DNA of 64,000 nt from an uncultured Clostridiaceae bacterium (GCA_930990125.1 CAKNOI010000003.1:972-64971), one strand, 5' to 3'. Counted from the stretch's first letter, positions 23,202-33,248 are shown. Translations and numbers: made by a program. Notes: generated by a model from the sequence alone, not told the origin.

Positions 23202-23230
23202 TTGACAGATGTCCCAAAAAATAGTATAAT
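23202..23230 (+). promoter_or_regulatory. Consensus sigma-A promoter: TTGACA, 17 nt, TATAAT
   Basis: Exact -35 and -10 hexamers with a 17-bp spacer, ~35 nt upstream of the 23266 ATG. Confidence 0.7.
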
Positions 23231-23265
23231 AGTATTGTTGCTTTTATAAGGAGGAATTAAAAAGT

Positions 23266-24267
23266 ATGAAAAAAGATGGCAAGGCGTCGATTTCACTTAT
23301 TAAATTCGTTGTTATTAGTATTATTCTATTTATAGTATTCTCCGGAATTGGAGTAATGGCAGTAAACACCAGTTTAAGCAATGTAAAAATTGTACTAGCC
23401 AATGGCTATGAAATGGATACCGTAACAGCAAAAACAAAAGTAGCAGACATTTTAAATGATGCCCATATCACCTTAACAGAAGAAGAAAAAGTTGTACCAG
23501 GCTTAGAGGAAGAAATATCAGATAATAAAACAATTAAAATTACGAAACAAGAAGAAATCCTTCCAGAAGAAGTACAGCCAGCAGAAGAAAATACAGTTAG
23601 CATGGATGAACTTTTAAAAGAATATGCACCAATCACAGAAAAAATTATTACCGAACAAATAGAAATACCTTTTGAAACAATTACAAAAGATATTTCCGAT
23701 GGTGGGAATAAACAAAATAAAGTAATTCAAGAAGGTCAAAACGGATTAAAAGAAGTAACCTATCAAGTAAAATATCAAAATGATGTAGAAATAGAAAGAA
23801 TAGAGTTGTCTTCTACTGTAATAAAAGAACCGGTAAATAAAATTGTACAAATACAAACACAGGTAACATCAAGAGCAAGTACAGCGGTTTCCTATGGAAA
23901 TGGTAGATGGAGTTACTCTGCAAAAGAGTTAGACTTATTATGTGCTATTACCGCACAAGAATGTAGTTCTAGTTACGAAGGTGCACTAGCTGTTATAACC
24001 TGTGCATGTAACAGAGCAGAAAGTAGTAAATGGAGAAGCAAAGGTACCGATCCATTAAGTCAATATAAAGCAAAAGGACAATTTTGTTATTCTATCGATA
24101 GTAACTGGAAAAAACGATTAAATGGTAATTACACAGCAGCAGTAAAACAAGCAGTATTAGACGCTTTAAACGGAAAAAGAAACCATAATTACTTATCTTT
24201 CCGTTCTGCAAGAAGCTATTCTGGTGGAGTAAATATCGGAGGAAATGCTTATTTTAATCCAATGTAA
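23266..24267 (+). CDS. Membrane-anchored G5-domain protein with a C-terminal SleB/CwlJ-type cell-wall hydrolase domain (YabE/RpfB-like architecture)
   Basis: G5-like beta segment (YQVKYQNDVEIERIEL..); C-terminal ...ITAQECSSSYEGALAVITCACNR... Hydrolase_2 motif. Confidence 0.65.
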   Translation: MKKDGKASISLIKFVVISIILFIVFSGIGVMAVNTSLSNVKIVLANGYEMDTVTAKTKVADILNDAHITLTEEEKVVPGLEEEISDNKTIKITKQEEILPEEVQPAEENTVSMDELLKEYAPITEKIITEQIEIPFETITKDISDGGNKQNKVIQEGQNGLKEVTYQVKYQNDVEIERIELSSTVIKEPVNKIVQIQTQVTSRASTAVSYGNGRWSYSAKELDLLCAITAQECSSSYEGALAVITCACNRAESSKWRSKGTDPLSQYKAKGQFCYSIDSNWKKRLNGNYTAAVKQAVLDALNGKRNHNYLSFRSARSYSGGVNIGGNAYFNPM

Positions 24268-24283
24268 CAAAAAATAAAGTAAC

Positions 24284-24316
24284 AGCGTCCCTTAAAAAAG
24301 GGGACGCTTTCTTCAA
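24284..24316 (+). terminator. Intrinsic terminator (AGCGTCCC ... GGGACGCT + TTCTTC)
   Basis: 8-bp GC-rich stem with a T-rich tail. Confidence 0.6.
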
Positions 24317-24339
24317 AAATAGGAAAAGGAGCAACAAAA

Positions 24340-25095
24340 ATGAAACTAATATCATGGAATGTAAACGGAATACGAGCAGCAATAGGAAAAGGATTTGCTA
24401 GTTTTTTTGAACAGGTAAATGCCGATATTTTTTGTATTCAAGAAACCAAAATGCAAGAAGGACAAATAGACTTAAATTACGCAGGCTATACCACTTACTT
24501 AAATAGTGCCATCAAAAAAGGATATTCTGGAACAGCAATTTTTACCAAAGAAAAACCACTTTCTGTTACATATGGAATAGGAAAAGAAGAACACGATCAA
24601 GAGGGAAGAGTGATTACTGCAGAATACAAAGAATTTTACTTAGTAAATTGCTATACCCCAAATTCCAAAAGAAAATTAGAACGTTTAGACTACCGTATGG
24701 TATGGGAAGACGAAATGCGAAATTATTTAAAAAAACTAGATACCACAAAACCAGTAATACTATGTGGAGACTTAAATGTAGCACATGAAGAAATAGATAT
24801 TAAAAACCCAAAAACCAATCACCACAATGCAGGCTTTACCGACGAAGAAAGAAACAAGATGACAGAACTATTAACTGCAGGCTTTACCGACTCATTCCGT
24901 CATTTATACCCTACCAAAACAGATTCTTATACTTGGTGGTCCTATATGCGTGATGCAAGAAGTAAAAATGTTGGTTGGAGAATTGACTATTTTATTGTGT
25001 CCAACCGTATCGCCCAAAATATACAAGAAGCCACTATCTATTCCGAAATTATGGGAAGTGACCACTGCCCAGTAGGATTAGAAATACAATTTTAG
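24340..25095 (+). CDS. xth: Exodeoxyribonuclease III (AP endonuclease Xth/ExoA)
   Basis: MKLISWNVNG(I)R start; EEP-fold motifs; 251 aa. Confidence 0.9.
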   Translation: MKLISWNVNGIRAAIGKGFASFFEQVNADIFCIQETKMQEGQIDLNYAGYTTYLNSAIKKGYSGTAIFTKEKPLSVTYGIGKEEHDQEGRVITAEYKEFYLVNCYTPNSKRKLERLDYRMVWEDEMRNYLKKLDTTKPVILCGDLNVAHEEIDIKNPKTNHHNAGFTDEERNKMTELLTAGFTDSFRHLYPTKTDSYTWWSYMRDARSKNVGWRIDYFIVSNRIAQNIQEATIYSEIMGSDHCPVGLEIQF

Positions 25096-25106
25096 GAGGA
25101 GCAAGA

Positions 25107-26243
25107 GTGAAAAAGGAAAATAAATGGACCAAATGGTTATACTATTTTTCGCTTGCAGTATGTGTAGTAGTAGTATATAAAACACTGGATAGTTTTCCTG
25201 CAATATTAGGATGGTTTCGTACTTTATTAGATGTATTAATGCCGTTTATCCTAGGTGTTTTAATAGCCTATTTATTCTATCTACCATGTAAAACACTAGA
25301 AACATGGTATCAAAAAAGAAAAGCAAAGCTATTGCAAAAAAAAGCAAGAATATTTTCTATTATAACTGTATATGTAATTGCAATTATAGCCATTATTTTA
25401 GTATGTAATTTTGTATTACCAGCCGTAATGCAAAGTATTGTAGACCTAGCTAATCAATTACCAGGCTATTACCAATCTGCAATAGATGCTTTGCAAAACC
25501 TACCAGAAGATAATATATTACATAAATTAGATATTGCATCTATTTTAGATGAGGTAGAAGGAATGGACTTAAAACAATTTTTCCGCATAGAAACCATTAC
25601 CGGTTATTTAAAAAGTGCAGTAGATTTTGTTTCTGGAATATTTGGATTATTTGTGGCCATTGTAACTTCTATTTATTTACTATATGAAAGAAATCAAATA
25701 TTACAATTTGCAAAAAAAGTATGCCATGCTATTTTTAAAACAGCAACCTACCAAAGAATAGGAAAATATTTTTCTAAAACCAACGAAATCTTTTTACGTT
25801 TTATTTCTAGTCAATTTTTAGATGCTATTATTATAGGAATATTAGTATCTATTGCAATGCTACTGTTAAACGTAAAATACGCCGTATTACTTGGTTTTTT
25901 AATAGGACTATCCAACATGATACCATATTGGGGAGCAATAATTGGAGTAGGAATTTCTATTATTATTACCATCTTTACAGGAGGAATTGGTCAGGCAATA
26001 TGGATGGGAATTATCGTAATTATTTTACAACAAATAGATGCCAATATTATTAATCCAAAGATAGTAGGAAGTTCCTTAAAAATTAGTCCACTCCTTGTTA
26101 TCTTTGCTGTAACAGTAGGAGGAGCCTACTTTGGAATACTAGGAATGTTTTTAGCAGTACCAGTATTTACAGTAATAAAAATATTAGTAAGCGATTATGT
26201 AGAATATAAAAACAAAGAAAAAAGCAAAAAGGAACCAATTTAA
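25107..26243 (+). CDS. AI-2E family transporter (UPF0118/PerM-like); GTG start
   Basis: 8 TMs; conserved IPYWG / IINPKIVG region. Confidence 0.75.
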   Translation: MKKENKWTKWLYYFSLAVCVVVVYKTLDSFPAILGWFRTLLDVLMPFILGVLIAYLFYLPCKTLETWYQKRKAKLLQKKARIFSIITVYVIAIIAIILVCNFVLPAVMQSIVDLANQLPGYYQSAIDALQNLPEDNILHKLDIASILDEVEGMDLKQFFRIETITGYLKSAVDFVSGIFGLFVAIVTSIYLLYERNQILQFAKKVCHAIFKTATYQRIGKYFSKTNEIFLRFISSQFLDAIIIGILVSIAMLLLNVKYAVLLGFLIGLSNMIPYWGAIIGVGISIIITIFTGGIGQAIWMGIIVIILQQIDANIINPKIVGSSLKISPLLVIFAVTVGGAYFGILGMFLAVPVFTVIKILVSDYVEYKNKEKSKKEPI

Positions 26244-26361
26244 GAAAATCTTAATGGTTTCTTTTCTTTTTTCTTAATAAATCTATGGTAAAAATAAGTA
26301 GGAAAAAAAGGGAAAAACATGATATAATAAAAAAAGAAAACAAATAAAAGGAGTAAAACTT

Positions 26362-27063
26362 ATGTATACCATATTAGTATGTGATGATGATAAAGAAATT
26401 GTAAAAGCTATCGAGATATATCTTACCAAGGAAGGATATCACGTAGTAAAGGCCTATAACGGAAGAGAAGCATTAGATATTATTAATAAAGAAGAAGTAC
26501 ATCTTGTACTACTAGATATTATGATGCCAGAAATGGACGGCATGACAGCAGCAGCAAGAATACGAAAAGATAAGACAGTTCCTATTATTATGCTATCTGC
26601 CAAATCTGAAGACTATGACAAAATTATGGGATTAAACAATGGAGCAGACGATTATGTTACTAAACCATTTAACCCACTAGAATTAATAGCAAGAGTAAAT
26701 TCACAAATCCGTAGATATACTTCTCTTGGCTCTATTCATCAAGAAAAAGAAAACGAAGAAAATGTTTATATAACAGGAGATTTAAAAATTAATGACAATA
26801 CCAAACAAGTAACAGTAGAAGGAAAAGAAGTAAAACTGACACCAACGGAATATAACATTTTAAAATTCCTAACAAAAAATAAAGGAATTGTCTTTTCCAT
26901 AGAGCAAATCTATGAAAACGTATGGGAAGACGAAGCCTATGGAGCAGAAAATATTATTGCTGTTCACATTAGACATATTAGAGAAAAAATAGAAATTAAT
27001 CCAAGAGAACCAAAATACTTAAAAGTAATATGGGGCATTGGATATAAAATAGAAAAATTATAG
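26362..27063 (+). CDS. OmpR-family response regulator (TCS-1)
   Basis: DDD...D phospho-acceptor pocket, K105-equivalent, winged-helix C-terminus. Confidence 0.9.
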   Translation: MYTILVCDDDKEIVKAIEIYLTKEGYHVVKAYNGREALDIINKEEVHLVLLDIMMPEMDGMTAAARIRKDKTVPIIMLSAKSEDYDKIMGLNNGADDYVTKPFNPLELIARVNSQIRRYTSLGSIHQEKENEENVYITGDLKINDNTKQVTVEGKEVKLTPTEYNILKFLTKNKGIVFSIEQIYENVWEDEAYGAENIIAVHIRHIREKIEINPREPKYLKVIWGIGYKIEKL

Positions 27064-27080
27064 GAGGATTGATTCCATTC

Positions 27081-29180
27081 ATGGAAAAAAGAATAGAAAA
27101 TTCTGCCATACTTAAGATAATAGCCTATATCTTATTATTTGTTTTTGTTATTTTAACAGGATATAGTGCATTAGGATATATTGCTTACAAAGAAATGCCA
27201 GAAATAGCTACTAATAAACCATATTACGAAACACAAGCCTTTGCAGATACCTTTGAAACACATATTGCTATCAATATGAGTAGGTTAGATAGTTTTATAC
27301 AAAATTACCAAGATTACCAAGAAGAAGTGCAAGCAGTAGACCAAGAAACTGTAAGCGAAAGTTCTGTATTAGAAGATTATACCTACTTTCATTCCCAAGA
27401 ACAATCCTACTTAGAAAAAATACAAAATGGTGAAATTTTATACGAATCTCTATATTCTAACATGGGAGCAAGCTTTCGCTATCTCATTATTAAAGACAAT
27501 TTAAAAATAACCAATATTGTGCAAACAGGAGATACCGACACAGTAGAAAAACTAATACAAACCATTAGGAAAGACAGCTATCATTGGAGCTATGTCAAAG
27601 GAGAAGTAGGAACTAATATTGCAAATTTAGAAAAAGACAAGGTTATTTATGACCCGCAAATAGAAGATATTATAGAAGGAGACTACGAAGTTTATTTCTC
27701 TTACCAACCAAATACAACAGAATATACAGCTTTTGAGAGAAATAATGCCATCTATGAGCTGATACAAAAACATTATATTGGCTACGAAATGCTTCCTTTA
27801 TATGCTTTTTTAAGTATTATTCTTTTCGTTTACCTTACTGTTAGTATGGGACATTCTAGAAAAAAGGAAGAAATATATTGTAACTTTATAGACCGAATCC
27901 CATTAGAAATACTTCTTTTCCTTAGTGGAATGGCTGTTTCGTTTGAAGTACTAGGTTTATATGTTATGTTTATTGATATTTCACAAATCATGTACGAAAG
28001 AATAACTATACCATTTATTAGCATTTTATCTATCATTGCCATGATTTACATTACTATCATGATTACCTATTCTAGTATGATACGTAGAATAAAAGCAAAA
28101 ATATTCTGGAAAAACACAATAGTATATAAATGTTGGGCTTTCTTAAAAAGAGTAATATGGGGCAATATAACCAAATTTATGGGTAGATTATCTGCTAATT
28201 GGAGACTAAGTATTTACTATTTTGGATTTTGCATTATATCTGTTATTTTATTCTTACTAGCACTAGATAATGGATTTTGCGTATTTCTACTCCTAGTATG
28301 GGGTATATGGGTATTTATGAAGATAACAGACCACTTAAAACAATTAAAAAAAATACGCGACATGATTAACCATATCTACGACGGCAAAACAGACTTCTTG
28401 TTAAACGAAGAGGAATTTAAAGGAAACCTAAGAAATGTTGCAAAATACTTAAATGACATTGCAGGCGGATTCTCCAATGCCATAGAAGAAAACCTAAAAA
28501 GTGAAAGAATGAAAACAGAATTAATAACCAATGTATCCCATGACTTAAAAACACCACTTACTTCTATTATCAATTACGTAGACTTATTAAAAGCAGAAAA
28601 TATAGAAAACGAAAAAGCAAAAGAATATATAGAAGTATTAGATAACAAATCACAAAGACTAAAAAAACTAACCGAAGACTTAGTAGAAGCTTCTAAAGCA
28701 TCTTCTGGAAATATTAAACTGACCATGGAAAAACTAAAAGTAAAAGAACTCATTCATCAAGTAACAGGAGAGTTTGAAGATAAATTTGAAGCAAGAAAAT
28801 TAGAAACCATTTTAAGTTACCCAGAAGAAAACGTACTCATTTTAGCCGATAGTAGATACCTATATCGTGTATTAGAAAATATATACTCCAATATCGCAAA
28901 ATACGCAAAAGAAGATACACGCGTATATGTAGACATTGTAAAAAATAACAAAAAAGTATTAATCGCCATCAAAAACATCTCCAAAGAGCAATTAAACATC
29001 TCAGCAGACGAACTAATGCAACGATTTGTAAGAGGAGATAGCTCCAGAAACACAGAAGGAAGCGGACTAGGCCTATCCATAGCCAAAAGCCTAACAGAAC
29101 TGCAAGGAGGAAGCTTCGACATCTACCTAGACGGCGACCTATTTAAAGTAGTAATCGAATTCCCTATTGTGGAAGAATAA
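27081..29180 (+). CDS. Sensor histidine kinase (TCS-1) with a large ~230-aa extracytoplasmic domain and multiple TMs
   Basis: H-box HDLKTPLTSI; N, G1 and G2 boxes in the C-terminus. Confidence 0.85.
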   Translation: MEKRIENSAILKIIAYILLFVFVILTGYSALGYIAYKEMPEIATNKPYYETQAFADTFETHIAINMSRLDSFIQNYQDYQEEVQAVDQETVSESSVLEDYTYFHSQEQSYLEKIQNGEILYESLYSNMGASFRYLIIKDNLKITNIVQTGDTDTVEKLIQTIRKDSYHWSYVKGEVGTNIANLEKDKVIYDPQIEDIIEGDYEVYFSYQPNTTEYTAFERNNAIYELIQKHYIGYEMLPLYAFLSIILFVYLTVSMGHSRKKEEIYCNFIDRIPLEILLFLSGMAVSFEVLGLYVMFIDISQIMYERITIPFISILSIIAMIYITIMITYSSMIRRIKAKIFWKNTIVYKCWAFLKRVIWGNITKFMGRLSANWRLSIYYFGFCIISVILFLLALDNGFCVFLLLVWGIWVFMKITDHLKQLKKIRDMINHIYDGKTDFLLNEEEFKGNLRNVAKYLNDIAGGFSNAIEENLKSERMKTELITNVSHDLKTPLTSIINYVDLLKAENIENEKAKEYIEVLDNKSQRLKKLTEDLVEASKASSGNIKLTMEKLKVKELIHQVTGEFEDKFEARKLETILSYPEENVLILADSRYLYRVLENIYSNIAKYAKEDTRVYVDIVKNNKKVLIAIKNISKEQLNISADELMQRFVRGDSSRNTEGSGLGLSIAKSLTELQGGSFDIYLDGDLFKVVIEFPIVEE

Positions 29181-29185
29181 CACAA

Positions 29186-29210
29186 AAGGGACGGGGAATT
29201 TTGGCAGAAA
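29186..29210 (+). repeat. GC-rich box AAGGGACGGGGAATTTTGGCAGAAA (copy 1 of 3) directly after the HK stop codon
   Basis: Identical 22-mer recurs inverted at 33193-33214 and direct (21/22) at 33147-33168. Confidence 0.7.
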
Positions 29211-29250
29211 GAAAGAGGAAAACCATAATAATAGTTTTCCTCTTTCTTTT
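29207..29250 (+). terminator. Intrinsic terminator (AAAGAGGAAAAC ... GTTTTCCTCTTT + T-run)
   Basis: 12-bp perfect stem with a T-tract. Confidence 0.7.
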
Positions 29251-29545
29251 AACGTTTAATCGACTTCCTTTTTGCGGGAGTATTTGTACTGCCCAACGCA
29301 CTTCCGTCCATTCCTCATGATACTCTCTCTGATAGATGAAGTTTTACTAGTAGTCATAAACAACGTCCTTTCTTTCACTAAAGATGTAAAAATAATGAGT
29401 CCTAAGACATCACGTCCAGTATAACATAAAATAGCAAGAAAAGTCAATGCATTATGTGAATTTGACAGTGCTTTGTCTTTTACAATTTACAAACAAAATA
29501 AATCCATACACATTAGCCCCATAATCTACCCAAAAACCACAAAAT

Positions 29546-29556
29546 ATGCTATAATA
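29546..29556 (+). promoter_or_regulatory. Extended -10 promoter TGCTATAAT
   Basis: TGnTATAAT ~40 nt upstream of the small ORF at 29599. Confidence 0.5.
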
Positions 29557-29598
29557 TTTCTAGCAGTACATACTGTAATTCTATCAAGGAGTGGTCTT

Positions 29599-29715
29599 AT
29601 GAACAAGCAGTCTACCGTATATTCTACTCTACCTTCTCACAATGTGTATGTAAAAGCATATGTACAAATGCGAGAAAAACAGCGGAGAATAAAGGAGGCA
29701 AGAGAAAGCAAGTAA
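29599..29715 (+). CDS. Small ORF, 38 aa (MNKQSTVYSTLPSHNVYVKAYVQMREKQRRIKEARESK)
   Basis: AAGGAG RBS 8 nt upstream; its own extended -10 promoter; followed by a strong terminator. Confidence 0.4.
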   Translation: MNKQSTVYSTLPSHNVYVKAYVQMREKQRRIKEARESK

Positions 29716-29723
29716 AAAGACCC

Positions 29724-29762
29724 AAAAAAGGCCCTAGGGAGAAATTCCTTAGGCCTTTTTCC
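29724..29762. terminator. Bidirectional intrinsic terminator (AAAAAAGGCCCTAGGGA ... TCCTTAGGCCTTTTTCC)
   Basis: Long GC-containing hairpin flanked by A-run and T-run. Confidence 0.65.
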
Positions 29763-29776
29763 ATGAAAATGAAAAA

Positions 29777-29809
29777 AGTCACTGGATAGTCACTTTATCA
29801 CCATATAAT
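29777..29809 (+). promoter_or_regulatory. Candidate response-regulator site (direct repeat AGTCACT-GGAT-AGTCACT at 29777-29794) 9 nt upstream of the -10 TATAAT (29804-29809) of the bceA-like promoter
   Basis: Two identical heptamers 11 bp apart overlapping the -35 position; RBS AGGAGGG and ATG 29831 follow. Confidence 0.45.
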
Positions 29810-29830
29810 CTATACCAGGAGGGAAAGAGA

Positions 29831-30511
29831 ATGGAAATTTTAAGAGTAGAAGATTTATGCAAAACATATGGAAAGGGAGAAACAGAGGTAAAAGCACTAA
29901 ATCATGTTTCCTTTTCCGTAGAAAAGGGAGAGTTTGTAGCAATTATTGGGGCTTCTGGTTCTGGAAAGTCTACCTTGCTTCATATTTTAGGGGGAGTAGA
30001 TAGACCAAATTCTGGTAAAGTATATATTGATGGAACAGATATCTATTCGCTAAATAACGACGAGTTAGCCATTTTTAGAAGAAGGCAAATTGGCCTTATT
30101 TATCAGTTTTATAACTTAATTCCTATTTTAAACGTAGAAGAAAACATCTCACTTCCAGTATTGCTAGATGGAAAAGAAGTGGATGCTGGACGTTTAAATG
30201 AAATTGTAGATACTTTAGGGCTAAGAGATAGGGTAAAACATTTGCCAAACCAATTATCGGGAGGGCAACAACAGCGTGTGTCTATTGGTAGAAGTTTAAT
30301 GAATACCCCTGCTATTATTTTAGCAGATGAGCCAACAGGAAATTTGGATAGTAAAAATTCTAAAGAAATCTTAGAGCTACTTAAATTTTCCAACAAAAAA
30401 TATAATCAGACCATTATTATGATTACCCATGACCAAGAGTTAGCATTAGAAGCGGATAGAATTCTTACCATTGATGATGGCTGTATTGTAAAAAATGAGA
30501 AAATAAGATAG
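29831..30511 (+). CDS. ABC transporter ATP-binding protein, BceA/VraD-type (peptide-antibiotic resistance)
   Basis: Walker A GASGSGKST, LSGGQQQR, ILADEPTGNLD; MacB/LolD-like, paired with an FtsX permease. Confidence 0.85.
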   Translation: MEILRVEDLCKTYGKGETEVKALNHVSFSVEKGEFVAIIGASGSGKSTLLHILGGVDRPNSGKVYIDGTDIYSLNNDELAIFRRRQIGLIYQFYNLIPILNVEENISLPVLLDGKEVDAGRLNEIVDTLGLRDRVKHLPNQLSGGQQQRVSIGRSLMNTPAIILADEPTGNLDSKNSKEILELLKFSNKKYNQTIIMITHDQELALEADRILTIDDGCIVKNEKIR

Positions 30512-30522
30512 TAGGTGAGACC

Positions 30523-33128
30523 ATGAATATTTTAAAAAAGTTAACCTTAAAGTATTTAAAGCAAAATAAAAAAAGAACCATTGTAACCATTATTGGTATT
30601 ATTCTATCTGGTGCCATGATATCTGCAGTTGCAACACTAGCGGTAAGTTTTCAGCAGTTTATGCTAAAAGTAGAAATTGCAAACTCTGGAAATTGGGAAG
30701 CAATGTATGAAAATGTAGAGCAAGATAAAGTAAAGTATTTAGAAGATAATGTTAAGTTTTCCGAAGTAATGAAAATGCTACAAATAGGCATGGCACAAAA
30801 CCCTTATTCGGATGAACATTTTTTATATATCAAAGCCTATGATGAAAAAGCTTTAGAAAACATGGCACTTACCGTAGAAAGAGGAAGACTGCCACAAAAT
30901 AACAAAGAAATATGCATAAGTGCTAGCTTTTTTGACGGAAACGATAACGAACCCAAAATAGGAGATACTATTACCTTATCAATGGGAAATAGAATAAGTA
31001 GTGATGGCTATGAACTAATTTCTGCTCCAGAAGAAGAAGGGGAAACATTTAACGTAACAGGACAAAAGACTTACACAATATGTGGAATTATTTCAAGACC
31101 AGATTTTGAAAAATCCTCTGATCCATTTAATGGAGGAGTAACCCTGCTAGATAGCAGTGACATTTCCGAAAATAGTAAATGGGATGTAGCAGTAAATGTA
31201 AAAAGGGTACATAGCATCTATGAAGATAGCGAAGAAATAGCCGAAAATTTAGGGTTATATCCTGACACAAATGCAGAAGAAAACGTATATCCTATTACCT
31301 ATAATACTTCTGTATTATTGTACAAAGGAGTAAATGGAACCAATGGTTTTAATGAAATGTTATATTCTGTATGTGGTATTTTAATTCTTATTATCATGGT
31401 AGGTTCTATTATGGTAATTTATAATAGTTTTGCTATATCGGTACAAGAAAGAAAAAAACAATTTGGAATGCTTTCTTCCGTAGGAGCAACCAAAAAACAA
31501 ATACAAAAATCAGTACTATATGAAGGATTTGTCCTTGGCTGTATCGGAATTCCTATTGGTATTCTAGCCGGAATAGGTGGAATTGGAATTACAATTCGTA
31601 TTGTAGGAGAATTACTAAAATCCATTATTAACCAAGGCAACTGGACACTAGAATTAGTAATATCTTGGCCTACTATTGTTATTGCTATTATTCTAATGGC
31701 ACTTACCATCTACTTTTCTGTACGCTTGCCAGCAAAACGAGCAAGTAAAATTACGCCAATAGAAGCGATTAGACAAACAGACGACATTAAAGAAGTAAAT
31801 CGTAAAAAAATACAAACACCAAAATGGATTCGAAAAGTGTTTGGCATAGAAGGAGAACTAGCCCTTAAAAATCTAAAAAGAAGCAGAAAACGTTATCGTA
31901 CAACCGTTATTTCTTTAATTATTAGTATTGTCCTTTATGTCTCTGTAAGCGGATTTGTAGGCTACTTATTTACCGGATTTAACAGTATGTACGTAAATCC
32001 AGAATATGACTATATTATTCCATACAGTTTATATTCCGATGCCGATACCGTAGAAAAAGAACAAATCCAAAATTTTGAACAAGAAATAAAGCAAACAGAG
32101 CGAATAGAAAAAATAAGCTATTTATATAAATACATTACAACTGCTACCATACCAAAAGAAAAAATAGACCCACGTTTACAAGAAGAATTTTCTAATGATG
32201 CAAATTTCTTTTCTCCACCCAAAATGAAGACGGTTCTTATCAAATATCTATTAATATCATAGGATTAAACCAAGAAGAATGGAGTCAATACCAAAAAGAA
32301 ATAGGTGCAGAAGACATAAAAGAGGAAGAATTTATTTTGCCAAATTATCGTAACTTCCTTACAATTTTAAACATGGAAACAGACTTAACCACCTATCAAG
32401 AAGGAGAAAGTATTCTTACCAATAATTTTGCAGATGGACACGAGGAACAAATGAAAATTGGAAAAGTGACAGAAAAAATGCCATGGGCAATATCCGATAT
32501 GCAAACAAACCTAGTTCTTATTACAACACAAGAAAATCTGCTTAGGATGGTACAAACAGAAGAAGTACTTTCTAGACAAATCTATGTAAAAATGGAAGAA
32601 GAGGCATTAGAAAATAGAGTGATAGAAGAAAAAGTAGAAGAAGCAAAAGCAAACTATTCTGATATAGATATTTCTGTAGTAAATCTTGCAGAAGATGCTA
32701 TAGCAAACCGTAATTTATCTACCATCTTTAACATCTTCCTATATGGATTTATTGTACTCATTTCCCTAATTGGAATTGCCAACATCTTTAACACCATTTC
32801 TACCAACATCAACCTAAGAAGAAGAGAATTTGCAAACTTAAAATCCATCGGAATGACAGACAAAAGCTTCCGAAGAATGTTAAACCTAGAATGTTTCTTT
32901 TATGGAACAAAAGCACTTTTATACGGTGTACCAATAGGAGTCTTCCTATGTTTCCTAATTAACCAAGGATTTGGAAATATGATAGAATTTATCTTTACAC
33001 TCCCATGGCAAAGTATCCTAATTTCCACTATTGCCGTATACACCGTAGTATTTGTAACCATGTTATATGCAAGTAGTAAAGTCAAAAAAGAAAACATAAT
33101 AGATGTCTTAAGAAACGACAATATTTAA
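30523..33128 (+). CDS. BceB-type FtsX-family permease, interrupted by an apparent 1-nt deletion near 32221-32224 (ORFs 30523-32262 and 32337-33128 are one gene)
   Basis: The frame of the second ORF stays open back to 32199, overlapping the first ORF; TM-loop-3TM FtsX units in both parts. Confidence 0.75.
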
Positions 33129-33143
33129 AACAACAAAACAACA

Positions 33144-33217
33144 CAAGGGACGGGGGATTTTGGCAGAAACCATAACAAATACAACAAAAATTCTGCCAAA
33201 ATTCCCCGTCCCTCTTG
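33144..33217. repeat. Near-perfect 25-bp-arm palindrome (CAAGGGACGGGGGATTTTGGCAGAA ... TTCTGCCAAAATTCCCCGTCCCTCTTG) = copies 2 and 3 of the GC-rich box
   Basis: Inverted repeat with a 22-nt loop directly after the permease stop; no T-tract follows. Confidence 0.7.
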
Positions 33218-33219
33218 TA

Positions 33220-33248
33220 TTGACGAGGTTTGGTAGTTATAGTATACT
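33220..33248 (+). promoter_or_regulatory. Sigma-A promoter TTGACG, 17 nt, TATACT for the RR-HK operon
   Basis: Hexamers at 33220-33225 and 33243-33248. Confidence 0.55.

Noticed and set aside
33144-33217. Interpreting the 25-bp-arm palindrome simply as an intrinsic terminator
   Set aside because: No T-tract follows the stem (GTATTGACG comes next). The same arm recurs 4 kb upstream in inverted orientation. It is kept as a repeat or operator candidate instead
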